NCBI GenBank assembly: GCA_905197485.1
Contig: CAJJYZ010000001.1
Location: forward strand, 27,115 to 91,114
Reading direction: 5' to 3'
DNA from: an uncultured Lachnospiraceae bacterium
Lineage (GTDB): Bacteria > Bacillota > Clostridia > Lachnospirales > Lachnospiraceae
Length of the DNA stretch: 64,000 nucleotides
Shown here piece after piece: positions 28,068 to 37,494 of this stretch. Position 1 is the stretch's first letter; every line of letters begins with the position of its first letter. Below the pieces are notes generated by a model, which saw only the letters and a program-made list of their open reading frames with translations, was not told where the DNA came from and did not search any database. Both the position numbers and the translations under genes were made by a program.

Positions 28068-29432
28068 GTTCCTTTATCCTTTAAATCATATTCTTTGTTC
28101 TGTTCTTCGTAGAGAAAAAGCCCTTCTGCGACCGCGTCTTCCGCACTCACCTCTCCCGTCACAATCTGCGGCATTCCCTCAAATGTTGAAGAACGGCAAG
28201 TTCCATGAAACAGGTCCTGCACTGCCTGATTCATGGAAGTGATGCCATCCAGCATCTCAAATGCTCTCATATGAAGCGATGTGAATTTCTTCGGGTCTGC
28301 ATCCGGCGTCGTTTTCAGCGCCGATGTTGTATGTCCCGCAAAATCTGCTATCATTTTATCGGTTGTCATATAATTCACAAAAGAAACGGCCGCTTCTCTC
28401 TTCGCCTCATCTTCCCACGCTTTCCTTGAGATATAATATCCCATGGAGATTCCTCCGATTAAGTCTGTCGCTTCCCGTTCTCCGAAAGCCGGGACATACG
28501 TCACCGTAAACTTATCTAACTTCCCGTAGTCCAACGTAGTCTCATCATCCGGGTCGGTCTGACATGCAGATACAATCCCTCCCAGTTTCCACGAACCATC
28601 CAGGAGAAACGCTGCTTTCCCGCTCGTGAAAAGTCCAAACGTTTCTTCGTCTTTTACTTCCAGCGTATTATCCGGAAAATAGCCCTTTTCATATAATTTT
28701 TTGATGTCCTTCATCCCCGCAACCCAGGCAGGGCCATTCCCGCTATCTATCTCTTTCGGAATCTCCGTATGGGTTCCTCTCTTCGTATGATTAAACACGC
28801 TGTACTCCCACCAATAATGCGGAATATCTCCTAATGCCGCAGCTATCGGCGTATATCCGGCGTCCTTGATTTTCTCACAGTCTTCCAGAAATGCCTCCCA
28901 TGTATAATCTGCTCCCGGAAGTTCCACACCGGCCGCATCCAATATCTCTTTATTGCAAAATAATGCCTCCCAGTATCCGTTGACCGGTACGGCATATCTC
29001 TTCCCATCCACAGCAGAAGCCTGCATTGCCTCCTCCTTCATATTCTTCGCATAATCCGGATAAGTCTCTCGTATTTCTTCGATTGAAACGACCTTGTTCT
29101 GCTTAATGAATGAATCTGCATCTGCGCCGGAAAAGAAGAAGAGTACGTCCGCCTCCGCGCCGGAACGGAAATCCGTCTCGATTCTTGCTTTGAACTTCTC
29201 ATCCGATGTCACCGAAGAATCGCTGATTTTCACATCTGTCTCCTCTTCAAATGCACTGATTGCGTTCTTATAAGCCTTTGCATTTCCATCCTCCCCTGCA
29301 AATGTCGTAATAACGTTCAAGGAAATTTCTTCTTTCGTATTTCCATCGCAAGCTTTCTTCACTCCACATCCGCTCAAAGAAGAAAGGGATATCGTTGCTG
29401 TCAATAATAGAGCTATCATTTTTTTCTTCATA
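28055..29432 (-). CDS. extracellular solute-binding lipoprotein (sugar-type SBP) belonging to the three-component sensor
   Basis: Start at MKKKMIALLLTATISLSSLSGCG (RBS AGGAGA); lipobox. Confidence 0.8.
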
Positions 29433-31188
29433 ATTCGTCTCCTATTTCTTCGTGTTCTTCCTTCACACAAATCGTAAGCTTGGCACAAATGTAGTTTTCA
29501 TCCGCCTGCTCAATTTTCAGTCCGCAATCCTCCCCATAGAGAAGCTGTAACCGCTGATTGACATTTGCGATTCCCATATTGCCGGAGGACTCTGTCTGCG
29601 GATTGTAGTTGCCTTCCAAAAGCTGTTGAATCTTCTCTTTTTCATGTTCCTCCAACTGTCCCTCATTGACAATCTCAAGATAGAGAAAATCCCCTTCCCG
29701 ATATCCGTTCAGCTCAATCACACGCTTTCCACGTCTTCCCGCTCCATGTTCCACCGCATTCTCAATGACAGGCTGAAGAATGAGTCTCGGCACTTTGTAT
29801 TTCATAATCTCATCCGGAAGATTCTTGAGAATCTCCAGCCGGTTTCCAAATCGCTCTGATATGATGAAGAAATATGCGTTGACATACACCATTTCTTCTG
29901 AAAGCATTACTTCCGGCTCATGTCTCCGGTCGATTCCCGCATCCATAATCGTGGAAAGGGCTTCTATCATCTGCGATACTTTTTCATTCCCGGAAAGTCT
30001 CGCCTCCCAGTTGATAATCTCCAACGTATTGTTCATGAAATGTGGATTTAATCTTGCCTGCAGCGCTCGGATTCTCGCGTCCTGAAGAGCAATCTCTTCC
30101 TCATACACATGGTCAAACAAGTCTTTCAATTTCTCGGACATATGGTTAAACGCCTGAATCAAATATTGAAACTCCCTGCTTTTTGGTACATAGGTAAGCT
30201 GAAAACCAAGATTTCCACGCTTGATTTCCTCCACGCTTTCCACAATCTTCTCAATCGGCTTCGCTACATGCTCTGTAAAAACCTGCAGCATACAGATTAA
30301 AATCAGGATAAAGCAAACGACCATAACAATTAACAATTCCTGATAACCATATAATGGAGAAATAGAACTGCTGTCATCAAACCTCACCAACACCTGAAGC
30401 TTCAAATCTCCCGCGTTCATCCTGTGGTACAACCTCAAAATCCCATTTTCCCAACAAAATCCCGAGCTTCCACCCATTTCCGTAACCCCTGTTTCCTCTT
30501 CCGTCACATGACTTCCTGTTAATTGCAGCCGGCATTGATTCAAATGCAATGTAACGGAAGTATCTTCCGCATACGCAGAATATGTTTCAAAGCAATACGA
30601 CTGATTCACCCGAAGCACAAGCACAGCCACTTTATCATAACAGGCATTATAAATGTTTCTCACAAGATAGAGATGCTGTCCACAGCTATAGAATCCGGCA
30701 GACGTTCCGAGTTCTTCCGCATATTTTGCTATATAAGGATGCTTTTCCTCCCAATATGTTTTCACATGCTCAAAAGCTCCGTTTACACTCTCATTGTAGG
30801 TGCTGCAGCTTAGATTCTCCGGGTCTTCATCGAACCATAACATTGCCGCCTGCACCGCGTCTTTTCTGCTGTATTTATCCCGAAGATAGTAGGCAGAAGA
30901 ACTGAGAAGTACTCTTGCAGGAATCTCTCCCCGTTCATACCGCTTATATTCCGAGACGATTGTCCCATCATAGGACAGCTCTCTGGAAAGCTGAATCACC
31001 TGATTCAACCTTCCTACGGTCATCTTATCATTATATTTTAACTGTGTGATTTGTTTTGAAATTTTATTATCAAAATGACTGCTATTGATGTAATAGAAAT
31101 TGAATACTGCAATAAATACTGACGGAAAAAGCCAGCATATAAGAAGCAGCGTTGTCAAATATGACTTAATTGATATTTTCCTTTTCAT
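29428..31188 (-). CDS. sensor histidine kinase, YesM-like (two TM segments, HAMP, His_kinase + HATPase)
   Basis: Start at MKRKISIKSYL; LNPHFMNNTLEIINWEARL H-box; C-terminal ATPase. Confidence 0.8.
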   Translation of the reverse strand: MKRKISIKSYLTTLLLICWLFPSVFIAVFNFYYINSSHFDNKISKQITQLKYNDKMTVGRLNQVIQLSRELSYDGTIVSEYKRYERGEIPARVLLSSSAYYLRDKYSRKDAVQAAMLWFDEDPENLSCSTYNESVNGAFEHVKTYWEEKHPYIAKYAEELGTSAGFYSCGQHLYLVRNIYNACYDKVAVLVLRVNQSYCFETYSAYAEDTSVTLHLNQCRLQLTGSHVTEEETGVTEMGGSSGFCWENGILRLYHRMNAGDLKLQVLVRFDDSSSISPLYGYQELLIVMVVCFILILICMLQVFTEHVAKPIEKIVESVEEIKRGNLGFQLTYVPKSREFQYLIQAFNHMSEKLKDLFDHVYEEEIALQDARIRALQARLNPHFMNNTLEIINWEARLSGNEKVSQMIEALSTIMDAGIDRRHEPEVMLSEEMVYVNAYFFIISERFGNRLEILKNLPDEIMKYKVPRLILQPVIENAVEHGAGRRGKRVIELNGYREGDFLYLEIVNEGQLEEHEKEKIQQLLEGNYNPQTESSGNMGIANVNQRLQLLYGEDCGLKIEQADENYICAKLTICVKEEHEEIGDEL

Positions 31189-31503
31189 AACCCTCGCCTT
31201 TAAATCGTTTCTTCTTTCCTCATTTCCTTTTTTCGAAGATACTTTCCCTATCCTAACATACTTCGGCACGAATTTACAACCCAATTTTCTATTATATCCA
31301 TTCCCCAAAAGAAACATATCGCTAAATATGTCAAAATTTGTACAGATTTGTGCATTTCCACACAAAGAATCTTGCTTGCGAGATTCTTGCGCCTGCGGCG
31401 GTCGCACATGCGACATTTACAGCTTACGCCGCAGTGCGCATCCTGCCGGAGACTTTTTATGATATAGAAACAAAGTTTCTTATATCATAAAAAACAGATG
31501 GAC

Positions 31504-31749
31504 TTATTCGCCCACCTGTTCTGCCATCTGATTCAACCAGTCTACCGCTTCCCATATACCATCTGTTGTAAACGGAAAATCTTTCGATATCTTTTCTTCG
31601 TCTTTTGTCGCTTCCCAGCAATATGCTCCCAACCAGTAAGACGCCCGAATCACATTCTCCTCTTCTGTTTTTTCTTGATACAGCCGGAATCTCAGCTTCC
31701 CGCTGCTTCCTGTAAACGGCTCTTTTTTCAACAGATTGATGCTAATCAT
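31504..31749 (-). CDS. small hypothetical protein (81-108 aa depending on start) overlapping the 3' end of the MATE gene
   Basis: ORF only; plausible codon usage; no recognised motif. Confidence 0.3.
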   Translation of the reverse strand: MISINLLKKEPFTGSSGKLRFRLYQEKTEEENVIRASYWLGAYCWEATKDEEKISKDFPFTTDGIWEAVDWLNQMAEQVGE

Positions 31750-31763
31750 GCCCTTCAAGTCAA

Positions 31764-33107
31764 TCAATGTTCTTCCCTCCATCTTCCTTTCCACGTATAG
31801 ACAATCATCATCACAGCTCCGATAAACCATGACAACGGATATACGACATAAATTCCTCGAATCGTTTCAAAGCCCGGCACGACAAACTGTACCCAAATCA
31901 CACGGAACACGCAGAGCGCCAACAATGTAATGACCATCGGAGGAATCGTTCTTCCGGTTCCTCTGACCGTTCCTGCAAGCGAGTGCATGATTCCCAAAAA
32001 GAAATAGAACGGGCAGAAATATTTTGTTGCCAATACGCCGTAAGCAATCACTTCTGTATCGCTTGTAAAAATACTGATGATTGGCTTTGCAAATGTAAGC
32101 AAAAGGACTCCTGTCACAACTGTATAGATAATGCTCATGGCAAGCGTCACCCACATGCCTTTTTTCACCCGGTCTTTCTTTCCCGCTCCATAATTCTGTC
32201 CGGTAAATGTTGTCGCAGCCATGCTGAAACTCATAACCGGAAGGATATTGAATCCATCAACCTTCAAATACGCGCTGAAACCTGCCACCGCATTTGTGCC
32301 GAATCCGTTCACTCCTGTCTGTACCAGAACATTGGATAAAGAAATTACCATGTTCTGAATCCCAGACGGCAGGCCAATCTGTATAATCCTTGCCGCCATG
32401 TGTCTGTGAATCCTGATTTTCCTCAATGTCACCTGGTATTTATCCGGAACCCGCATAAGAAATCCTACAATCAAAATGCTGGAAATCAACTGACAGATAT
32501 CGGTTGCAATCGCGGCTCCCGCTACCCCCATTTTCAGCACCGCAATGAAAAATACGTCTAATCCGATATTTAAAAATGATGCGACTCCAAGATACATCAA
32601 GGAACGTTTTGAGTTTCCGACCGCATTTAAAATACCTGCCGCCATATTGTAAATGACGTTAAATACCACTCCCGCGAAATATACTCTCAAATATTCTACC
32701 GACTGGTCCATGATATCTTCCGGCGTCTTCATCCACACAAGAATCTGCGGGCTGACCGCGATTCCTACTACTGTCAAAATCAGTCCGAGAACTACCGCGA
32801 TTCCGAGCGCCGTATGTACCGCATCCTGCACTTTTTCTCTGTCTCCCGCTCCATATAGCTGCGCGACTACCACTCCTGCTCCCGTTGCCGCTCCTGTACT
32901 GAACGCAATCAGCAGATAGAGCAAAGAAGAGCTTGCCCCGACCGCCGCCAGCGCATCACTTCCTACAAAGTTTCCTACAATCACAGAATCCATCGTATTA
33001 TACATCTGTTGCAGCAAGTTTCCCAAAATCAACGGAATCGAAAACCATAAAATCTGCTTCCATATATTCCCTTCCGTCATTAAAATTGTCTTTTGTCTCT
33101 TTCCCAT
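31764..33107 (-). CDS. MATE-family multidrug/oligosaccharide efflux transporter
   Basis: Start at MGKRQKTILMTEGNIWKQ (RBS GGAGAGAAGGA); 12 TM. Confidence 0.8.
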   Translation of the reverse strand: MGKRQKTILMTEGNIWKQILWFSIPLILGNLLQQMYNTMDSVIVGNFVGSDALAAVGASSSLLYLLIAFSTGAATGAGVVVAQLYGAGDREKVQDAVHTALGIAVVLGLILTVVGIAVSPQILVWMKTPEDIMDQSVEYLRVYFAGVVFNVIYNMAAGILNAVGNSKRSLMYLGVASFLNIGLDVFFIAVLKMGVAGAAIATDICQLISSILIVGFLMRVPDKYQVTLRKIRIHRHMAARIIQIGLPSGIQNMVISLSNVLVQTGVNGFGTNAVAGFSAYLKVDGFNILPVMSFSMAATTFTGQNYGAGKKDRVKKGMWVTLAMSIIYTVVTGVLLLTFAKPIISIFTSDTEVIAYGVLATKYFCPFYFFLGIMHSLAGTVRGTGRTIPPMVITLLALCVFRVIWVQFVVPGFETIRGIYVVYPLSWFIGAVMMIVYTWKGRWREEH

Positions 33108-33215
33108 TCCTTCTCTCCTTCTATCCGTTCCATACAGTATACTGTCTTCTCGTATGCAAGTATAGCACCAACTGAAAAGAGACACAAGATAGAATCCACC
33201 TCATGTCTCTCTCTT

Positions 33216-34058
33216 CTATTTTATATAACGCTTCAGTTCCCCACACAAATATGGAATCTGTTCCTGAAAATTCACCGCGTAGGTTCTTGCATCCTCATCC
33301 GCCATCGTTCCTTCGATACAAGCCACCACAAAATCTGCCGCAAGCTTCAGCGAATCTTCCAGGGAAAGTCCCCGCATCAGCCCACCTACTACAACAGAAG
33401 AATAGGCATCTCCTGTTCCATGAAAACTCTTAGAACATTTCTTCGTGAAATACTCAAATCTCTCGCCCTTCTGATTCAATGCAGCCACTCCAAGCTTATC
33501 TTCCTCATAGCTGACTCCTGTAATCGCCGCCGTCTTGCATCCAAGTTCCAGAAGTTTCTCCAGAAGTTCCTGTATATACGTGCTGTCATATTCTGTCCGA
33601 TATGGCATTCCTGTCAGCAGCGCGGCTTCTGTCATATTCGGAATAATCACATCCGCTTTGGCACAGACTTTTGCCATCTCCGACGGGAACATCTCATCAA
33701 ATGCCTGATAGAGCTTCCCGTTATCTGCCATTGCCGGGTCTACCACAATCACGTTCCCTTCTTTCCTGAATCTCTCAAAGAAATCGCATACTTGCTGACA
33801 CTGTTCTGCCGAAGCCAGATATCCGGTATAAATCCCGTCAAAATCAATATTCTCTTTCTTCCATGCTTCTGCAATCGGCTCAATCTGGTCCGATAAGTCC
33901 TTCACCGTAAAATTCTTAAACATGGTATGTGTGGAAAGCACTGCCGTCGGCAAGATTCCGCATTCCACTCCCATAGCTGAAATGACCGGAAGCGCTACTG
34001 TAAGTGAACAGCTTCCCACACAGGATATATCTTGTAAAGTCACAATTCGTTTCATCAT
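33216..34058 (-). CDS. pdxK: pyridoxal/pyridoxamine kinase (ribokinase-like PdxK/PdxY)
   Basis: 280 aa; MMKRIVTLQDISCVGSCSLTVALPVIS...GTGDAYSS. Confidence 0.75.
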   Translation of the reverse strand: MMKRIVTLQDISCVGSCSLTVALPVISAMGVECGILPTAVLSTHTMFKNFTVKDLSDQIEPIAEAWKKENIDFDGIYTGYLASAEQCQQVCDFFERFRKEGNVIVVDPAMADNGKLYQAFDEMFPSEMAKVCAKADVIIPNMTEAALLTGMPYRTEYDSTYIQELLEKLLELGCKTAAITGVSYEEDKLGVAALNQKGERFEYFTKKCSKSFHGTGDAYSSVVVGGLMRGLSLEDSLKLAADFVVACIEGTMADEDARTYAVNFQEQIPYLCGELKRYIK

Positions 34059-34151
34059 CTTCTACCTCCGTTCTTATTTGGAAGTATAGCAAAAACTGAC
34101 ATGATTAAAAACATCCATTTTACATATTTTTAACCATGCCAGTTCTGCTTT

Positions 34152-35576
34152 TTATTTTATTTTTTCTTTTGATTTTTTCTTTCCTGCTTCGTACTCCTTC
34201 AACGCGCCGATTGCCTTCTTTGACATTGGGAATAAAATAAAAATATTAAAAAGTGTCATGAGTCCAACACCTACATCCCCCAAATCCCATACGACTGTGT
34301 ATGCCGCCAATCCTCCGATAAACAGCATCACAAGCGCCAGAATCTTATATGCAGTCTGAGACATCCAGTTATCTCCGAACAGGTATGCCACATTGCTTCT
34401 CGCATAGAATAAAATTCCAATAAATGTAGAAAAACTAAACAGCCATAGAATCACCGCAATAAAAATCACTCCGAATTGTCCCATATGATACTGCATCGCA
34501 CCCTGCAGGAAATCCATTCCGACCGCTCCCTGCGTAAATTCCACCGGAGTTAGAAGCATAATAAACGCAGTACAGCTACAAATTACAATCGTGTCAATGA
34601 ACACGCCAAGCGCCTGCACAAGTCCTACCTTCACCGGATGGTCTGTCTCCGCTGTCGCTGCCGCACAAGGCGCGGAACCGGAGCCTGCCTCATTAGAAAA
34701 AAGTCCACGTTTCACACCGTTCATAATCACCGCGCCGAATCCACCGGCTACGACCTGACGGATTCCAAACGCCTCCGAGAAGATTCTTCCGAACACTTCC
34801 GGAAGCTGCCCGATATTCAACAAGATAATCACGACTGTTACGACAAAATAGCATCCCGCCATAATCGGAACGAGGACGTCCAACACCTTCACCGTTGCAT
34901 TCTTACGAAGCACAATGATTGCCGCAAGCACAACAAGCGCAACGGTTGTATAAATTGGCGGAATGTGAAACGCATTATCAAAAGCCGAAGTCACAGAATT
35001 ACTGATAACCTGGCTGATTCCACACCAGCAGATTAATCCCGAAATCGCAAACAACACCGGAAGGATCCGATACCGTTTTACCTTACCGCTCTTTTCCTCC
35101 AAATATTTATGAATATAATACGCCGGACCGCCGCGATATCCGCCGTAAAGCGGGTCTTTTTCCTTATAAAGCTGTGCCAGAGTCGCCTCGATGAACGCGG
35201 TGGAAGAACCAATCAGAGCCGTCACCCACATCCAGAATACCGCTCCTGCGCCTCCTGCGGAAATCGCCGCCACAACACCGACCAGATTCCCCATTCCGAC
35301 GCGGGTAGCCGTCGATACAACCAAAGACTGCACGACAGAAATCGCGCCTCCCCTTTTCTTACCTTCCTTTTTCTCCAAAAGCGTATGTATCATATCCGGA
35401 AATAATCTCACCGGAAGGAATCTCGTCTTCACCGTAAAATAAATTCCTGCCGGAATCAAAATGATTACAAGTAACGATAATGGAAGCATCTGGCCTCCCG
35501 GCAAGGGAATCGAAATCAAGTCTCCCCATAAGAAATTGTACACTGCTTTTATCAGATTCACAATTGCATCAACCAT
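34152..35576 (-). CDS. alanine/glycine:cation symporter (AGCS family)
   Basis: 474 aa; polytopic, typical AGCS N-terminus. Confidence 0.8.
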   Translation of the reverse strand: MVDAIVNLIKAVYNFLWGDLISIPLPGGQMLPLSLLVIILIPAGIYFTVKTRFLPVRLFPDMIHTLLEKKEGKKRGGAISVVQSLVVSTATRVGMGNLVGVVAAISAGGAGAVFWMWVTALIGSSTAFIEATLAQLYKEKDPLYGGYRGGPAYYIHKYLEEKSGKVKRYRILPVLFAISGLICWCGISQVISNSVTSAFDNAFHIPPIYTTVALVVLAAIIVLRKNATVKVLDVLVPIMAGCYFVVTVVIILLNIGQLPEVFGRIFSEAFGIRQVVAGGFGAVIMNGVKRGLFSNEAGSGSAPCAAATAETDHPVKVGLVQALGVFIDTIVICSCTAFIMLLTPVEFTQGAVGMDFLQGAMQYHMGQFGVIFIAVILWLFSFSTFIGILFYARSNVAYLFGDNWMSQTAYKILALVMLFIGGLAAYTVVWDLGDVGVGLMTLFNIFILFPMSKKAIGALKEYEAGKKKSKEKIK

Positions 35577-35701
35577 TTTGTTTTATCCTCTCTCTTTCTC
35601 ATTCTCTTTCTGCTTCCGCAGCACTGATTTCATTCTAACACAAAATGATTTCTTTGCATATACTTTATCGCTTTAAAATTATATATCTTTGATGTGGTAA
35701 A

Positions 35702-37075
35702 TTATTTATTTTCTTTTCTCTTGAGCAAAGCGACTGTTTCCACATGAACTGTGTGAACAAACTGGTCAACCGCCACGCATTTTACCACTTCATATCCCCT
35801 TGCCTGCATCATCTCCAGGTCTCTTGCGAGGCTTGTCACTTTGCAGGAAATATACACAATCTTGTCTACCCCATAGTCCAGAATCTTCGGGAGCGCTTTC
35901 GGATGAATCCCATCTCTTGGCGGGTCCAACACAATGACATCCGGTTTTTCTTCAATCTCATCCAATACTTTGAATACATCCCCTGCGATAAATTTACAGT
36001 TGAACAAGCCATTATGTTTTGCATTTTCCTTCGCAGCTTCCACCGCTTCTTCTATGATTTCCACTCCGATAACCTCTTTTGCCACCGGCGCAAGCATCTG
36101 TCCAATCGTTCCTGTCCCGCTGAACAAATCGTAGACGGTCAGATTGTGGATGTCCCCGATATACTCTCTTACCGTCTCATAGAGCACCTCTGCCCCTCTT
36201 GAATTCGGCTGGAAGAAAGAAAATGGTGTAATCTTGAATTCCATTCCAAGAAGCTCTTCATAGAAATAATCCTGTCCATAGAGGATTCTTGTCTCATCAC
36301 TCTGCACCACATCCGAAAGAGAATCATTCAAAATGTGCAGGATTCCAACAATCTTTCCTTCTAAATCAAGGGCAAGCAGTTTCTCTACAAGCGGCTGCAT
36401 TTCATGCTCTTCCTGTGTTGTTGTCACAAGGTTTACAAGAATTTCCCCTGTCTTATCTCCTCTTCTCAGAAGAAGGTGACGAAGATATCCCACATGCTGC
36501 ATCTTCTTATAATAGCTGACATTTTTTTCCTGAAAATGCTCCAAGACACAGAGAAGAATCTTGGTTAAATCTTTATGTACAAGCTTGCAGTCTCCTGCCG
36601 TCAGCACATCATAGGTGCTTCCTTTCTTATGGAGTCCCAAAGAAAGCGGTCCGTCTTTATACTCATCGCCAAAAGAGAATTCCATCTTGTTCCGGTAAGA
36701 GAATTCTTTCGGACTTGCCTTCACTCCCTCGAAAACATATTCTCCTTGAACGACAGCGTCCAGAATCTCTTTCACCTGCTGCCCTTTCATCTTCATCTGC
36801 TCTTCGTAAGACATGGTTTGGTACATACAGCCTCCGCATGCCGGGAAAATGCTGCATACCGGCTCTCTTGTCTCAAGAGGAGAGGTTTCCAATACTTCCA
36901 AAAGTCGTCCCTCTGCTTTCCCTTTTCGAAGTTTGTTCACACAGAACTTCACTTTCTGTCCCGGAATTCCGTTTTTTACAATGACACGTTTCCCTTCCTC
37001 CGGAACTGTTACGATTCCTTTATTCGGAAACTCTACCTTCTCAATCATTCCTTCATAAATCTGTCCTTTTTTCAT
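35702..37075 (-). CDS. 23S rRNA (uracil-C5)-methyltransferase, RlmD/RumA family (TRAM + Fe-S + SAM MTase)
   Basis: 457 aa; TRAM N-terminus, CxxxxxxC...C cluster, DLFSGTGTIG, C-terminal PPR... Confidence 0.8.
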   Translation of the reverse strand: MKKGQIYEGMIEKVEFPNKGIVTVPEEGKRVIVKNGIPGQKVKFCVNKLRKGKAEGRLLEVLETSPLETREPVCSIFPACGGCMYQTMSYEEQMKMKGQQVKEILDAVVQGEYVFEGVKASPKEFSYRNKMEFSFGDEYKDGPLSLGLHKKGSTYDVLTAGDCKLVHKDLTKILLCVLEHFQEKNVSYYKKMQHVGYLRHLLLRRGDKTGEILVNLVTTTQEEHEMQPLVEKLLALDLEGKIVGILHILNDSLSDVVQSDETRILYGQDYFYEELLGMEFKITPFSFFQPNSRGAEVLYETVREYIGDIHNLTVYDLFSGTGTIGQMLAPVAKEVIGVEIIEEAVEAAKENAKHNGLFNCKFIAGDVFKVLDEIEEKPDVIVLDPPRDGIHPKALPKILDYGVDKIVYISCKVTSLARDLEMMQARGYEVVKCVAVDQFVHTVHVETVALLKRKENK

Positions 37076-37148
37076 CTATCATAATCTCCATTCATTTTAA
37101 AAGGACGCAGCCACTTCAACTACGTCCTTCTCGTCTTATCATCCAATT

Positions 37149-37397
37149 CTAAACTTCGTCTGCATCTCCGAAAAATTCATCATCATCGAAATCATCTTCA
37201 AAATCTTCATCGAAGTCTTCCAGATAATCCGGTGTAAAGAAAGAATATACTGCATAAGCAATTCCTGCTACTGCTGCAATTACACCAATAATTGCGAGAA
37301 CCCAAAGAATTGTTGTCTTTGCCTTATCTTCATCTTTCTTGTGTAATAATTCACTCATTTTAGATGCTGCGATAATATCTTCAAATTTGCTGCTCAT
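37149..37397 (-). CDS. small single-TM protein with a poly-acidic EDFDEDFEDDFDDDEFF C-terminus
   Basis: 82 aa; TM TTILWVLAIIGVIAAVAGIAYAV. Confidence 0.5.
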   Translation of the reverse strand: MSSKFEDIIAASKMSELLHKKDEDKAKTTILWVLAIIGVIAAVAGIAYAVYSFFTPDYLEDFDEDFEDDFDDDEFFGDADEV

Positions 37398-37494
37398 AAA
37401 TACACATCCTTTCTCTTTCTAATTCATAAGATACAATTATCATTGTTATCATTATAACACCAATGTCTGACTTTTACTACTGATTTATCAGTTT

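Noticed and set aside
35577-35701. Glycine riboswitch upstream of the alanine/glycine symporter
   Set aside because: No GGAGAG...CACCG glycine-aptamer cores. Only a promoter-like TAGAAT and a short hairpin are present.
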